A DNA stretch of 63,926 nucleotides, the filler included, from Hausera hauseri (lineage: Eukaryota): the NCBI GenBank assembly GCA_046269625.1. It is 12 parts of 12 records of this genome, joined end to end, with 100 filler letters (N's around TTAATTAATTAA, not from the genome) between each part and the next. Parts side by side here need not be neighbours in the genome. Positions count along the whole stretch, not along the records: positions 8,436 to 14,428 come from JBJURY010157089.1; positions 14,529 to 19,628 come from JBJURY010335270.1; positions 19,729 to 24,223 come from JBJURY010554339.1; 9 more parts are not named here. The stretch is one strand, 5' to 3'. The position numbers and the translations under genes were made by a program. Below the pieces are notes generated by a model that saw only the letters and a program-made list of their open reading frames with translations, searched no databases and had not been told where the DNA came from. This document shows, in pieces, positions 11,102-23,900 of the stretch (positions are counted from its first letter, which is position 1; each line of letters begins with the position of its first letter).

Positions 11102-11745
11102 CGCGTGCTAGATTCTGAACGATTTTGTGAAAACGTGAAAAAAGTTTATGGAGAAATCAATTTTCCTGGTGATGATAGAACTAATCAAATATATATGTTC
11201 AGTGCTATTTTTCCCACAGCAATTCAAGATTTAGCAAGGAATTTGTTGAAAAGCTATTTAATTTTCGCCGTTTGTATTATCGAGTTTGCTAACAGTGATG
11301 TTAAACAAGAAGTGATCTGTGTGAAGCCGAAAGAGAAATTGAATGTAGCATTAGAATATGTTAAAACGATTCCCGATCAGAAAATGTTGGTGTTTGTTGA
11401 AAGTAAAAGAATATTTGACTTTTTGGATATAAAATTGGGTTACCTGGGTTGTATGGTAACAACAATCCACGGTGATTGTGATCAACTGCAGAGAGAATCA
11501 GCATTGAATGACTTTAAAAGTGACAGAGTTACATATATGGTTACAACGAACGTTGCCGATATTTCTAAAGTTGATGTCGTTGTCAACGCTAACATGACCC
11601 AAGAAGATGATACATACGTTCATAGTCAGTCGAACTGGTCGATGTAGAAATATTGGATGGGCTGTCAGCTTCTTTGATAATACAAAGGGCATCAGTTTTG
11701 CTTCTGGTTTAATCGGTAGATTAGAAGAAGTTAATCAAGAGGTCG
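11102..11745 (+). pseudogene. vasa: Vasa/DDX4-like DEAD-box helicase C-terminal fragment
   Basis: MFSA.FP..IQ.LA, LVFVESKR, TIHGD..Q.QRE.AL.DFK and TYVH/RTGRC.N.G.A.SFFD. The ARGL of motif V is deleted, and there is an internal frameshift near 11625. Confidence 0.85.
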
Positions 11746-12089
11746 TCATTGTGCCATTAACTGAAGTAACTATTGAAAATCCGATAGCGGCTGAAAATAT
11801 ATTAAACCGCGGTTTAAAGAATCGTCATATTGGAACTACGGTAATGAATAGAGAAAGCTCTCGAAGTCATACAGTCTTTACAATTTCACTGGAAACACGT
11901 CATAAAGACGGAAATGTTGATAATATCATGAGGAGTCATTTACATTTGGTGCATTTGGCTGGTAGCGAAAAACAAAAGGATGCAAAAACCGAAGGGCTAC
12001 GTCTAAAAGAAGCTATAAATGTTGACAAATCTCTATATGTATTAGGACGAGTTATCAGTGCCCATGTTGAACTGACTAAAGGAAAACAC
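11746..12089 (+). pseudogene. Kinesin motor fragment (KIF15/kinesin-12-like), switch I and II only
   Basis: MNRESSRSHTVFTI and LVHLAGSEKQKD.KTEGLRLKEA.N.DKSL..LG.VI. There is no P-loop. Confidence 0.9.
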
Positions 12090-12632
12090 GAAGCTCTGCG
12101 GCACAATCGTCTAAAACTTGTTCAAATATCGACGAATTACAATTACATAAAGACGAAATCAAAAATGGTGGAATACCCATTGATTGCCAAGGCAGTAGCA
12201 GTATTTGACGTACAGATTGAACCAGCCATTAAAAGTCAAACGTGGGGAGATGATATAGCAGTATTTTTAGACGAAAGTTTGAAAACCATCTATGAATTGA
12301 AAAGACGTTTATTTATGACCCAAGATAATTTCGAAGTGATCAAAGATTTGTTGAGTCAGTGGAAAGGTATGCCTCTGTATATAAGAAAAGATCGAAAGAA
12401 TGATACAACATTAAACCTGGATGATAGACAGAATTCAAAACATAATCGGTACAATCAGAATTCAGCAGTTGGTGTGAAAATCCAGCCATTAGCACAAGGT
12501 AGTTGTCAACCTTTCGAAGTTAATGAAGACTCAACAGACGATTGGTCGAACTATATCGACTTCATGGAGGGCAATATTACTAATGGATTCCTCACCACAA
12601 TAAAGTGTAATTTACTATATGTAGTCAAGCAA
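12090..12632 (+). pseudogene. Axonemal beta-type dynein heavy chain (DNAH9/11/17-like) N-terminal fragment
   Basis: YN......VEYPLI, W..MPLY.RKD.K...LNL..R......RY......G.KI and W..YIDF....I.NGF...I.C.L.Y. Confidence 0.8.
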
Positions 12633-13290
12633 ATCAAAAATGAAAGTAAAAGTCATAAAATATTTAGTAAAGGAATTGATTTTGTTGCAAAATCTCGGGA
12701 AGAAGGTGATAATTCGTTGCCTCCGAGATCGGATAAAAGTAAATTAGCGGGACCACCAATTGCCAAATATAAAAAATTTGCTCCAAAGGTGTCGATAAGG
12801 ATTAATTCTAAATTTGCTAGCTTTGAAAATATTAGAAATATCGATTATAATCCACTTTCTGATCGTAGTTTCACGAGCTCTCAGGCTATTCGTGATACGG
12901 CCTATATGAAGTGGTATCTAAATAAATTGAAAGAAAACAAATTCAATATATTGAATTTACAAAAACGAATCAATTCTGAGGAAAATGAGAAGACAAAGCA
13001 ATCAAAAATAGAAGATAATAAAGTTGTTTATGAAACTTGGTCCAAAAACAAACGAAAGTACTTTTTAGATTTAAAGAAAAAGAGATCTGGGAACCAACAA
13101 CCCACTGATAACAAAAAAAATAAATCTACTGCACTTGCCTTTAAAATCTGGAAGAAAAGAAAGATGAGTATTTGAAGGAACAAATGAAAAAGGATATGGA
13201 AAGTAAAAAGGAAAAGGAAAAGAGTAAAAATTTTGCTAGAAAAGTGAAACAGCAGCGGTCGAAAGAGGGTGTCGCTGAATGGGAAAAAAG
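12633..13290 (+). pseudogene. MAP9-like K/E-rich coiled-coil fragment
   Basis: Repeated AY..WY..K / VYETW.K.K / AF..WKK.K / EWEK motifs in a charged coiled coil. Confidence 0.45.
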
Positions 13291-14528
13291 TCTCAGAGTA
13301 CTTTGGGATAATATCTGTGGTAATGAGGAGATTATGTCAACGTTGAAGCAGATGTATCACGACCGGTTAGATAATATTAGTGGTGCTGGTAATAAAGCAG
13401 TGACAAATCGGCGGAAAAAAGGTGCTAGTGAAGTGAAAAGGTCGGATTATCAAGATAAGTTTCCGATGGAACCTATTGGGAAACATTCCACAATGCAACC
13501 GATAACAACGAAAAGCTTATCTTTATGCACTTCACCAAAGAGTGATAACCATATCGGTTTGTATTCCATACGAAGAAACAAACATACTGAAAGAAAATTC
13601 AGTTGTAGTACTGATAAAACAGCAGACGAAACAAGAAACTGGACGATCTTGAAGAACTTCTTTCTTTATAAAGACGTAAAAGAAAAAGGTAGTTGGCAGA
13701 ACATGCTTGAAACTTACCTTCTAAATTCCGAACTATCGGTTGAAATGAATTTGGGAATGTTAACGGCTCTCTTCAGAGCCACAATTATTGATTACGACGG
13801 GGTTCCGGATCCCCTTAAAAAATCCGAAAAAATCGAACTTTTTCTGGAAATTCGATATTCAAACAGGAATTATCAGAAAAAAATCAGAATCTACTATCCT
13901 GGACGAACGAGAACCCAGACCAATAACAAAAAATGCTTGCGTTTAATTCTATTCGCGCTAATTCAGGCTGTGTCAAAAGTAATGAAATCATGACCAGGAC
14001 TACGAAAGATCAGGTTAAAGGAAAGAATGAGCCAATAAACAAAAAAGGTCAGTTTTTCTGCATTTCTGTATATACTATCGCTGGCCGTCTGCGCTCCCCG
14101 CCTTAAGTTCCCTTTTGATAATTACTGCGTTAAAACTTATTGGGGAAAATTACATAACTTTTATATTACTGTTCTATGCCATACTAAAATAAATGTAAAA
14201 ATAAGCTTATTCTCCCTTTAGAAATCGTCTCCGAAAGTAATTGTACAAAGCATTAGATTTAAGGTCTTCACGGACGCCTTATCGTACTTATATCGCGCCA
14301 GACCTATAATAATATTGCAACAGATAGTTGGAAAAATTAAATACAAAAAAGTAACCAACTATCTGTTGGAAGGTGTCATCCGTTAAATAAATACTATATA
14401 ATTAAAAGATTATTGAACCTCCATGTAGNNNNNNNNNNNNNNNNNNNNNNNNNNNNNNNNNNNNNNNNNNNNTTAATTAATTAANNNNNNNNNNNNNNNN
14501 NNNNNNNNNNNNNNNNNNNNNNNNNNNN

Positions 14529-15150
14529 AAAATTTAAACAAAGTGGGTTGGAATAGTGACTCCACGACCATATCACTTTTTTCACAGCAAAAATTTAAGG
14601 AAAAATGGGTGGGAATAATAAAACTCACTCTGCTCCAAAAATGCTTTGTTCAGTGTCAAAATCTCCCACCCATCAGATTACACCAAAATTAAGTTAGGTG
14701 GGAATAGTGAAACCACGACCAGATCACTCTGTTCAGATCCCAATTTAAAATTAAAGGGGCTGGGATTAGTGACGCCACGAGGAGATCAGGAAATTCTCTT
14801 TTTGTGTCAATATCTCCGACCAATCAGATTACACCAAAATTAAGTTGGGTGGAAATAGTGAAACCATGATCAGATCACTTTGTTCACAACCAAAATTTGA
14901 ACAAAAATGGGGTGGGAATAGTGAAACCACGACAAGATCACTTTGTGCACAACCAAAATTTAAACAAAGATTGGTGGGAATAGTGAAACAACTATCATAT
15001 CACTGTGTTTACAGCCAAAATTTAAACAAAAATGGGTAGGAGTAGTGAAATTCACTCTGCTTCAAAAAATGCTTTTTTCAGTGTCTAAATCTCTGACCAA
15101 TCAGGTTACACCAAAATTAAGTGGGGGTCGCCATATTGAAACCACGATCA
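14529..15150 (+). repeat. ~63-bp minisatellite
   Basis: gggtgggaatagtgaaaccacgacc-agatcactttgttcac recurs at about 14847, 14910, 14973 and 15036, with earlier degenerate copies. Confidence 0.85.
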
Positions 15151-15544
15151 CGCCAGTAGAAAATTAACACATTTTGTGCTGTAGAACAACAAGGGAAAGT
15201 CCTATGAGGTTGATTTGTACACTATTTGACACAGCATTAAATTCTGAACAACCTGGCACTTTCAAAAATTATTTTGGCACTAAGAAAAAGAAATTTCTCG
15301 TGTAGAACTAAAAAACTATGCAAATTTTGCATATTTTTGTGCTATAGCACAACAGCGAAAAGTCACATGAAGTTGACTCCTACACCATTCGACGCAGAAT
15401 TAAATTCTGAGCAAGATAGAGCTTTCAAAAAAAATTTAGCTACCAAGAAAAAAAAATTTTCACGATAACATAAAAAATTTTCCCACGGTCCAAAAATTTT
15501 CCCACGCTCAATGCTTTCTTTCCCTAGGGGGGGTCTGATCCAGT

Positions 15545-18500
15545 GCACTTCTTTCCTACTACTCTACTCCCACTTTCTTTTCCGGTTCAACATTCTTCAT
15601 CTAAAATAAGACCTTTATACACTGCCTCTGGCCAATCTCTCCATATTGCCGGAACTTGCAAATTATCTTTCACTTTATTAAACTTTTTCTCTTCATTTCA
15701 TTGGAGGTTTACAGTCGTTAACGTCCAAACGGCAATACTTGGCTCAGATTTCCTTTCGCACGATAATTTTCTAGTCGATTGTAACCGACGCTGCCTGAAA
15801 GCGAATACACCTGTAACACGTAGCACAGATATAGACAGCATCTCAACGACACCATAGTCAATAGTATGTAAGCGATCTATTTTAAAACAATCAGTACTTC
15901 GTTCTAATTTCAATAACTATCATGTTTTACACCGTAAGTTTCAAATAAATAATGTTGACAGCCAATCACAATTCAATGTCGCAACCGACGATCTGGTATT
16001 TTCTGTAAAATCATTGAACAATAACACCCACTCAAACACGATTCCGGACCCGACCATCCTACTACAAACTCCACTTGATTCCTCATCAACAACCAATAAC
16101 CATACACCAAGTACTGATAGCAACCTCGGTTCATCGTCTGTTACAACATTCCAGCAACTACCCACAAGCTTACGGCAATTCGTACATACTTCTTGTCCTC
16201 GTATACTCCAGAAAGATAGGAATTTCACCCCAGTAAACAATATTTACCACCATATAATTACAAGACATCAAAGGCCAATTAGACAAAAGGTTCGTCCATT
16301 GAGGCGGCGACGCAGACAGGCAGTAGAAGCTGAATTTATGAAACTAGAATAATCAGGTATCGTCCGCAGATCTAAATCACCATGGTCTTCGCCCCTCCAC
16401 GTTGTACAAAAAAAACGGATCCTTCGGACCATGCGACGATTATCGCCAACTTAACACTTTAACCACAATGGACGCATATCCACTACCATTAATCAAAGAT
16501 ATATTACATCGGCTTAATACTACTCCAGTTTATTCGACAATCGATTTAGCCAAAACTTACCACCAAATTCCGATCGCACCGGAAGACATCGAGAAAGCTG
16601 CAGTTACCACACCTTTCGGTCTTTATGAGTATTTGTATATGCCTTTCGGTCTCCGGAATGTCGCGAAAACTTTTCAATGACACATCTATTCAATACCTTC
16701 AGATTTCACCTTCGCGCATCCATATATCGACGATATCTTGGTTGTCTCATCATCAGTTAAACAACACGATAAACATCTATGATCCATTTTCCAACGCCTT
16801 AACCAGTTTAATTTACAGATTAATTTTGCGAAATGCAATTTCGTTCAAAAACGCGTTAATTTCCTCGGATATATTATCCCACCAGACGGTCATTCGCCTC
16901 AACCTGATCGAGTTGAGACTCTTAAAAATGTCCAACTACCTAGAACAACCACAGACATGCGCAGTTTCCTTGGTACCTTGCATTTTGTCCACAAATATAT
17001 GCCGTATTGTTCAGAACTCACGGCACCTTTTGCACACTTAAGTGAAGGAAAGAAACATCAGAAAATCATGTGGACATCACAACTGGTTAATGATTTCTAC
17101 AAGTTACGTGAAGGACTAAAAACTGTGGAAATACTTGCATTTTCTAAACCTGACGCTAATTTAATTTTAACTACAGATGCATCAAACATCGCAGTAGGTG
17201 CTGTACTACATCAGCTATACAAAGAAGAAAATCAACCGCTAGAATTTTTTTCCCAAAAATTAACGCCACCAGAAACCAGATATTCAACTTTCGATCGGGA
17301 ACTGGTAGCAATAGTCCTCGCTTTAAGACATTTTTCGCATTTACTTACATCACACCATTTTGTTGTACAGACTGACCATAAGCTGTTGATTAATATAATG
17401 GCAATAAAACACCCTTCAACTCGATAAGAACGGCAAATTTCATATTTGTCTACATTCAACTTTGACATCAAACATATCGAGGGTGTTGACAATCTACTTA
17501 CCGATTTGCTATCCAGATCAGTCGGTTCAATTAATTTCTTGCCAATCTTCACTCAGACAAAGCTCCAAGAAAATCAGCCATCTCAAGATATTCTCAAATC
17601 GTTCACATCACACTAGATAATCGACGGCGTGGCCATAGATACCTCCAAGCTAGGACAATCTAAGATAATTCTTGCTCCATCTTTACACAAACAGGCATTT
17701 CATAGTGTGCATTCGTTACATCATTCTGGTGCCAAAGCAACTTTCCGCTTATTTCAACGACAAGTACTTTGGTCAACCATGCGTTCAGATGTGCAAGCAT
17801 GGGTTAAAGAATGCGTGCCTTGTCAGATATATAAAACAATAAAACATCTAAAACCTCCATTATACCACTTTCCATGCACATCACGCTTTGAAACCGTACA
17901 TATTGATATCGTCGGTCCTCTCCAAATAGACAACGGCTACCAATTTATTCTGACCATGATGGATAACGCCTCACGATGGCCGGAAGCTATTCCACTGCGG
18001 AACACAAACACTGACACAATAGCCGATACCTTCACCGTACGTAGATTAGTAGATTCGGATCCTCTCGTTACATTATCTCGGATCAAGGCTCTCAATTCGA
18101 ATAAAATCTGTTCAAATCTCTAGTCAACCGATTAATTATAAGTCATATTCATACTACACCCTATCATCCCCAATCAAATGGCCTGCTCGAACGTTTCCAC
18201 CGAACCTTAAAAACATCACTTCGAATCTTTGCGCAGTCAAGCACCAAGTGGATTACATTTCTACCGTTCGTCCTGCTTGGCTGGCGGAACACCCCGTCCA
18301 CTTCCACAAGATGTTCACCAACGGAAGCATTATTCGGAACTCCTGTACGGTCATTGTTCGAATTAACCGCTTTAGAGGAGATTCCTACAGACGAGAGGAT
18401 ACGAGCAGCACAGGATCATTTTGTTACAATCAGCAAAGATTCGTTTTGCAGGCTCTTACACAATGACAAATCTTACATATCTGAAGACTTATACTCAGTA

Positions 18501-19230
18501 AAGTTTGTATGGCTAAAAAACCAAACACCTTGCAGTTTCCAGCCACAGTACTTAGGACCATATAAATTAATACAACTACATTCACATGATGCTGTTATTC
18601 CCAAAAGACGGAAAAGAAGTTGCAGTACATATCATTAACTTAAAACCCGCTTTTTACGTCGATGATTCCTCACCAACGGAAGCATCAACCTCATTCCTCA
18701 CATCTTTAACTACCTCTACCTCGACTTCGATTCCCCAGTCCACCACACATTATTCCGCTGCTACCGTCCCTGTGCCTACATTGTCACCTACCAATTTCAT
18801 TCCTGCCTCCATCTCGACATCTCCATCTACCTCTACTTTGTCACTTTTTCTGATCCGCACTCAACCGTTATACCTTCGCCTCTTTCTACACCACCTCTCA
18901 ATGCGTCACCTGCTCAAACTACCGCAGAAACGGGTATAATATACCTACCGTTCTTTTTCCTCGACCTTTTTTATCACCTTCCCCAGTAATAACAGCCAAT
19001 CACACTGACATTAAAATCTTTTTTGATAAACCCTACCAGCGGCCAGACACTATAGCGAAGGTACGTGTCAAATCCGTTACATTTAGTAACTATAGCAGAG
19101 AATTAAACAATAAAGGAGTATAACGCCTCGTACGCACGAAAACTTATTAGGCAAAGTTTGTTTGTCCTCAGAACTTTCTTTCAGTATTTTCTTTCAAGTT
19201 CTCAACTCACCTACGGGGAGGTGGGGAGGT
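15545..19230 (+). mobile_element. Decayed Ty3/Gypsy LTR retrotransposon (protease, RT, RNase H, integrase) ending in a polypurine tract
   Basis: ILGSDFL, SPWSSPLH, DYRQLN, YHQIP, MPFGL.N, YIDD, TTDASN, TDHK, HIDIVGPL and GLLERFHRTLK. The PPT ggggaggtggggagg (19215-19229) is followed by TGTAGT at 19233, the likely 3' LTR start. Confidence 0.93.
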
Positions 19231-19728
19231 ATTGTAGTGCCTATTAGAGTTTTAGGTTGTTCGAAGTCGGTCATATACTTGCGTTAGATTTATTCTTAAC
19301 TCATTAGATTTACTAGGATCGACTCCTAGAAATTCTTTTTTGAAAAATTCACATCAAGTTTTTGCTTTGACTTTCCATGTAAGTACAAGGACAACGAGGG
19401 AATTTGGGTCTAATTGAAGGTCAATGACGAGGAATTCTTCCATTCCAACTGCGGAAATTCTCTGATTTTGTTGAATTTTTATACAGGCTAAAGAGCTTAT
19501 ATATGTTTTTTACATCTAGACCATTTGACATGTGTACATTGCATGACTATGGCCAACGGTTGTTGAATTTGAGTTTCGTATGGCGGCTGACTGATAAAGG
19601 AAGAACGTATCTAATGCGTTATCAAAATNNNNNNNNNNNNNNNNNNNNNNNNNNNNNNNNNNNNNNNNNNNNTTAATTAATTAANNNNNNNNNNNNNNNN
19701 NNNNNNNNNNNNNNNNNNNNNNNNNNNN

Positions 19729-20945
19729 GTCAGTTATTCCTTTTATTAAGTTTGTTCCCGTTAACTTGGTGGGCGATGTAATTATACCACAGTTTGGTAA
19801 ACTTACCCAATCGGTTTCGCTACGTCTAAACATTGATTGTCCTAGACTGGACTTACAATCATTCAGAATCGTTGGTTGGATGGAGTTTGCCAGTAATACT
19901 CTAGTATTGGCGTTATAATTCTAGGAATGTCTTGATATATTACTGGAAGTTCTTGTATGCATCTCTTCTCAGTAGGACTCCTCCGGTCACTCAACCAACA
20001 ACGCCTTCTCATCGGAATTATTGGTGATGCTAGCTCGGGATTGGCATATATCAAAGAGAGTTTGTTCTCATGACTTCTAAGTCTAATTTGTAGTCATTCG
20101 TTATCATTTTGTGGTATAGATTAGATATTCCGGCCTGTATCGGAAATTAATATGGTAGGTGTAGGCTGTTCCTCTACATCTTCTCGCGTTTTCGAGTTAG
20201 TATCCGTATTACTTACGTATCGCTTCCCTGTCGTTTCATTAAACTTAAGTTCTTTAATTTTAATCAAATTACAATCGGTCTTGGTTGGAGGTTCCCCAGT
20301 TACTAATGAACTTCTAAAAGCACAAGTGCCGTCTTGAATATGGCACTTTTGGATTTCTGTGTAGAGCTTAGTAACGCTATGAAACATCACTTTTTGTGTA
20401 CGCATCTCGGTTTCGTAGAAATCCACAACCACTATGTTTGGTTCTAATCCTTTTCCAGTATCGTATTCTGCACCGTTATAGTGTCCGGCATGCATATCTA
20501 ATCTTGCTGTTGCTACTTTTTATGCTCGAATTATTTTTCCTTGCTGCATTTCTAGTTTCATGTCGTCCCATTTCAGCCTGCCCGTCTCTCTAGCTTCCTT
20601 ACAATGCTAGAGATAATTCAATGCGATAATTCATGCGATCATAAATGGATGAGATTTTCACCCTAACAGGATTTTCATGTAAAATTTTAACGGAATTAGT
20701 GGGGTCGTAAGGCTTGATTAAAGATGAATGTCCGTGTATTAGTCTACAATGGATGATACTGCGAGATCGTCACAACATGAATTCTATCCCGTCTAATGAG
20801 ATTAACTCTCATTGCTGATACAGTACGTATCTTTTCTCTTTTGTTTCTAATTTATGTGGTCTCGCATCTTCGCACATTTCTAAATCCATGAATGAATATT
20901 TTTGGCCAAGTTAGAATTTGTCGCAGTCATATATTGTAGCTGCTC
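19729..20945 (-). pseudogene. Chuvirus-type envelope glycoprotein remnant
   Basis: A hydrophobic leader precedes IYDC....GQKYS..DLEMC, followed by C...DGTC......VT.E.P...DC and RCIQELPV.Y...RII. This Cys pattern resembles chuvirus-like glycoproteins as recalled. Confidence 0.65.
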
Positions 20946-23900
20946 CCATTTGTCTTATTAACGTCATCACGGTCAAGAAATTAATTAGCCAGTTTGATTC
21001 GTTTCCCCGATTATTCCCGGTTAAATTTCGTAACATGTCTTCGAATCTACTATTACTATTGCTAAAGGAGGCTTTATTCTGATGTTCTTCTTCTTTTTCG
21101 AATAACTTGGACCAAATTACATCTCGAGGTAATTTCCTGGCAGCCTTTTGTGCTAGACTAGTGGCTCTGTTAAATTCGCTTTCTCGGGATGAATTTGTTT
21201 TAATGGACAAATATAGTAATACTTTTCTTAACTCTTCTATGATGTTCTCTACCATATTTTTCTCCATCATTATTTCATCGCATAAGGTGCTTTTCGATAA
21301 TTCACAGCGGAAATTCCTGATTATTTTGGCTGAATTCTATATATATATTTCTCTTTTTCATCTAATATATCGCTACAGAGACTAGGGTGGTTTACTATGC
21401 GTATCAAATTTTTCATGAGTTCATTCAGCTTTTCATTTTCCGCGCTGAAGGTTGGTATGAACATTTGCCTTAATTCTCTAATTATGTCTCCATTATAATA
21501 AATTTCTTTTCGTATTTTCCGCGGTCTACCGACAGGACGCTTCTGTTTTGCTATAACTGATGCCGTCTCGCTGTTTGGTACTAAATTCTTATCATATTGT
21601 TCTTTGTCTTCGTCCGTTTGCAAGTATTCAAAGTACATTGTTGCATCTCGAACTCCCACGATTCGTCCTACACACTGATCCGTTTTAGCCTTCCTTGTGG
21701 CCTCTTCATTTGTTTCCTCCGTAGCGACCGTTACTACTATTCTATTTGTTTCACCTGAGATAATTCCGACATCTAGTAATTGCTTCAGTTCGTCTAATAT
21801 TCTACCTCTAAAGTAAAGTCTATAATTGAGTTCGTTTGCGCAACCATTACTTATTAGCAACTGTATCACGTCTAATACGAAAGAATGCGTAGTGAACTCC
21901 CTCTTTTTCTCATCCATCCAATCCGACGACATCTTTACTTTAATCGGCTCTTTGGTTTTAGTCCTTAAAATTTTGGCATATTCATTTATTAAAAGTTTTG
22001 GTGCGGCACTATAAATTGTACCTTCGCTAGATAATTTAGTCAGGGTAGGAACTAACTGTCTTAACTGATTTTAGGTAAGGTTTACATTAATTAACTTAAT
22101 TAAATATTTTTCAGTTTGCGTTGAATCCAGAAGCATCCCCACACTGAATCTCCAATCCGGTGAACATGTCTCCGTTTCCTACAAATGTACAGGAGTTTTC
22201 GGATTTCATGAAACCATTGCATTTAATATGTATCCCATTCTGGATTATTTTCATTGTCTGTCGGTCTGTAATAAACTGTCGGCATGTCTACTGGTCGAGC
22301 CGCATTTGCATCCCATGTTGATTCTAATTGTTTCTTTACTGTAAGCTCACTTTCGGGAAATTCTTTTATACGGCTTTATACTAGTTTTCTCAGTCTTATT
22401 ATTACTCTTGACCATTCATTACAATGATTAGCGATTTCTGGTTTTCCAGTATTGCTTTATCTAGCATTTTGTACGCGTCTTCCAATTCGTCATCCGGGCC
22501 TTTGATAAAACCAATGATCTGGTTGGCGTAGTTGAAGTCATCTTTATTCTCATCAAATTCAAGAGTACAGGGCTTAATTACATTCTGTGTTTCCTCATTA
22601 TTCATATGCATAATTCTATTCCTCAAACTGTAAATTCGCGACCTTTTTCATTTTCAATCTTAATACAATTTTCCAGACTTGTATATTGCTTTGATGATGT
22701 GGAAGCACTTTTTATCATCTCCATTAAAGGTGAGATATCTACTGAGTCTATGCCCAATATTTCTAGATCAGTTTCATTTCGTTCCTTGATCGGTTTTTCT
22801 TTGATTCGCTCGACCATTTTGAATCTAATTCCACTCATGATGCGCTTTAAATTACGATTTACTCTTTTCAGTTTAGGATTGATTTCTAATGTAGTCAGTA
22901 ATGTCCGGGATTATCTATTTTTACTTCGACATTCTACGCATATTTGGCCCATGTCTCTGGAAGTTTCATTCCTCTTTTTGCCCATGTTTTTAACTCGCAT
23001 TTCCATTTTGCTAACGTTTCTGGTGACACCTCTTTAGGTTGCTCTAAGTCTATTGCTTCGCTAAGTTTTCCTTCACTATATAATTTCATTTTTGTATAAT
23101 CTTTCTACAAACTGTTGTTCCTTGCCAAAAATGTCTATTTGTTCACTCATTTCCTTAAGCTTCTCTAGATTCGGTTGCAACACTTTCGGGCCAAAGCAAT
23201 TTATTCTCATTCTCTTTGATTCATCGGCATTTTTCCACGAACGCCTAATTTTCCACTGTTCATGATCAAACCTCTCGCTTTGTCCTGTCTCTTCGTCACT
23301 AGTAGGTAATGGACATATATCATTTATTTCATTTACGGATATTGTCAATTCTTCTATTCCAACAGGCGTAGATAAATTAATTCCCGGGGTATTCAAACTG
23401 AACTCTACATCACTTTCTAAAGCGATTTCAATTTCTTTCGCTCTGTCTAACCTTTCCTTGATCATCGAAGATCATGAACGATCTTTACATTTGCGCTTTA
23501 ATGATGGGCTACAGCCTCTATTCTTTGTAATTTTAAGTATTAGCGGTTCCATAAATTCTTTTTCTTCATCAACTTTTATAGTTTTGTTTACTTTTTTTAC
23601 CATATATTCCGGTTCTATGGCTAAGTCTACTTCATTTGAAGTTTTTGGTTCTTACGATTCCTCTGGCTCTTTATAATCACAGGAACATTCTTTCTTCGTG
23701 CCATATCGGTAAGACTAGGTGGAGCTATAGAACGTTCATATTCAGATTCTGGCTCGCGAAAGCCATGATATACTTCTAGTAATCGTAATTTGTGGCCATA
23801 CTCATTCCTGGCCATTAAGATTTTGGGGTCACTGGTATTGAGCTGGGCCTTTAAAAAACGTCGTAAATCATGTATCTCAATAATCATACCCGTGTCCTTA

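Noticed and set aside
11607-13175. A functional helicase-kinesin-dynein fusion protein
   Set aside because: Each domain is partial with damaged motifs (no kinesin P-loop, DLAG changed to HLAG, ARGL deleted). It is reported as a chimeric pseudogene instead.
22075-22114. Intron-like GTAAGG...TTTTCAG on the plus strand
   Set aside because: It is antisense to the element's coding strand with no plus-strand exons, so it is probably chance in AT-rich DNA.
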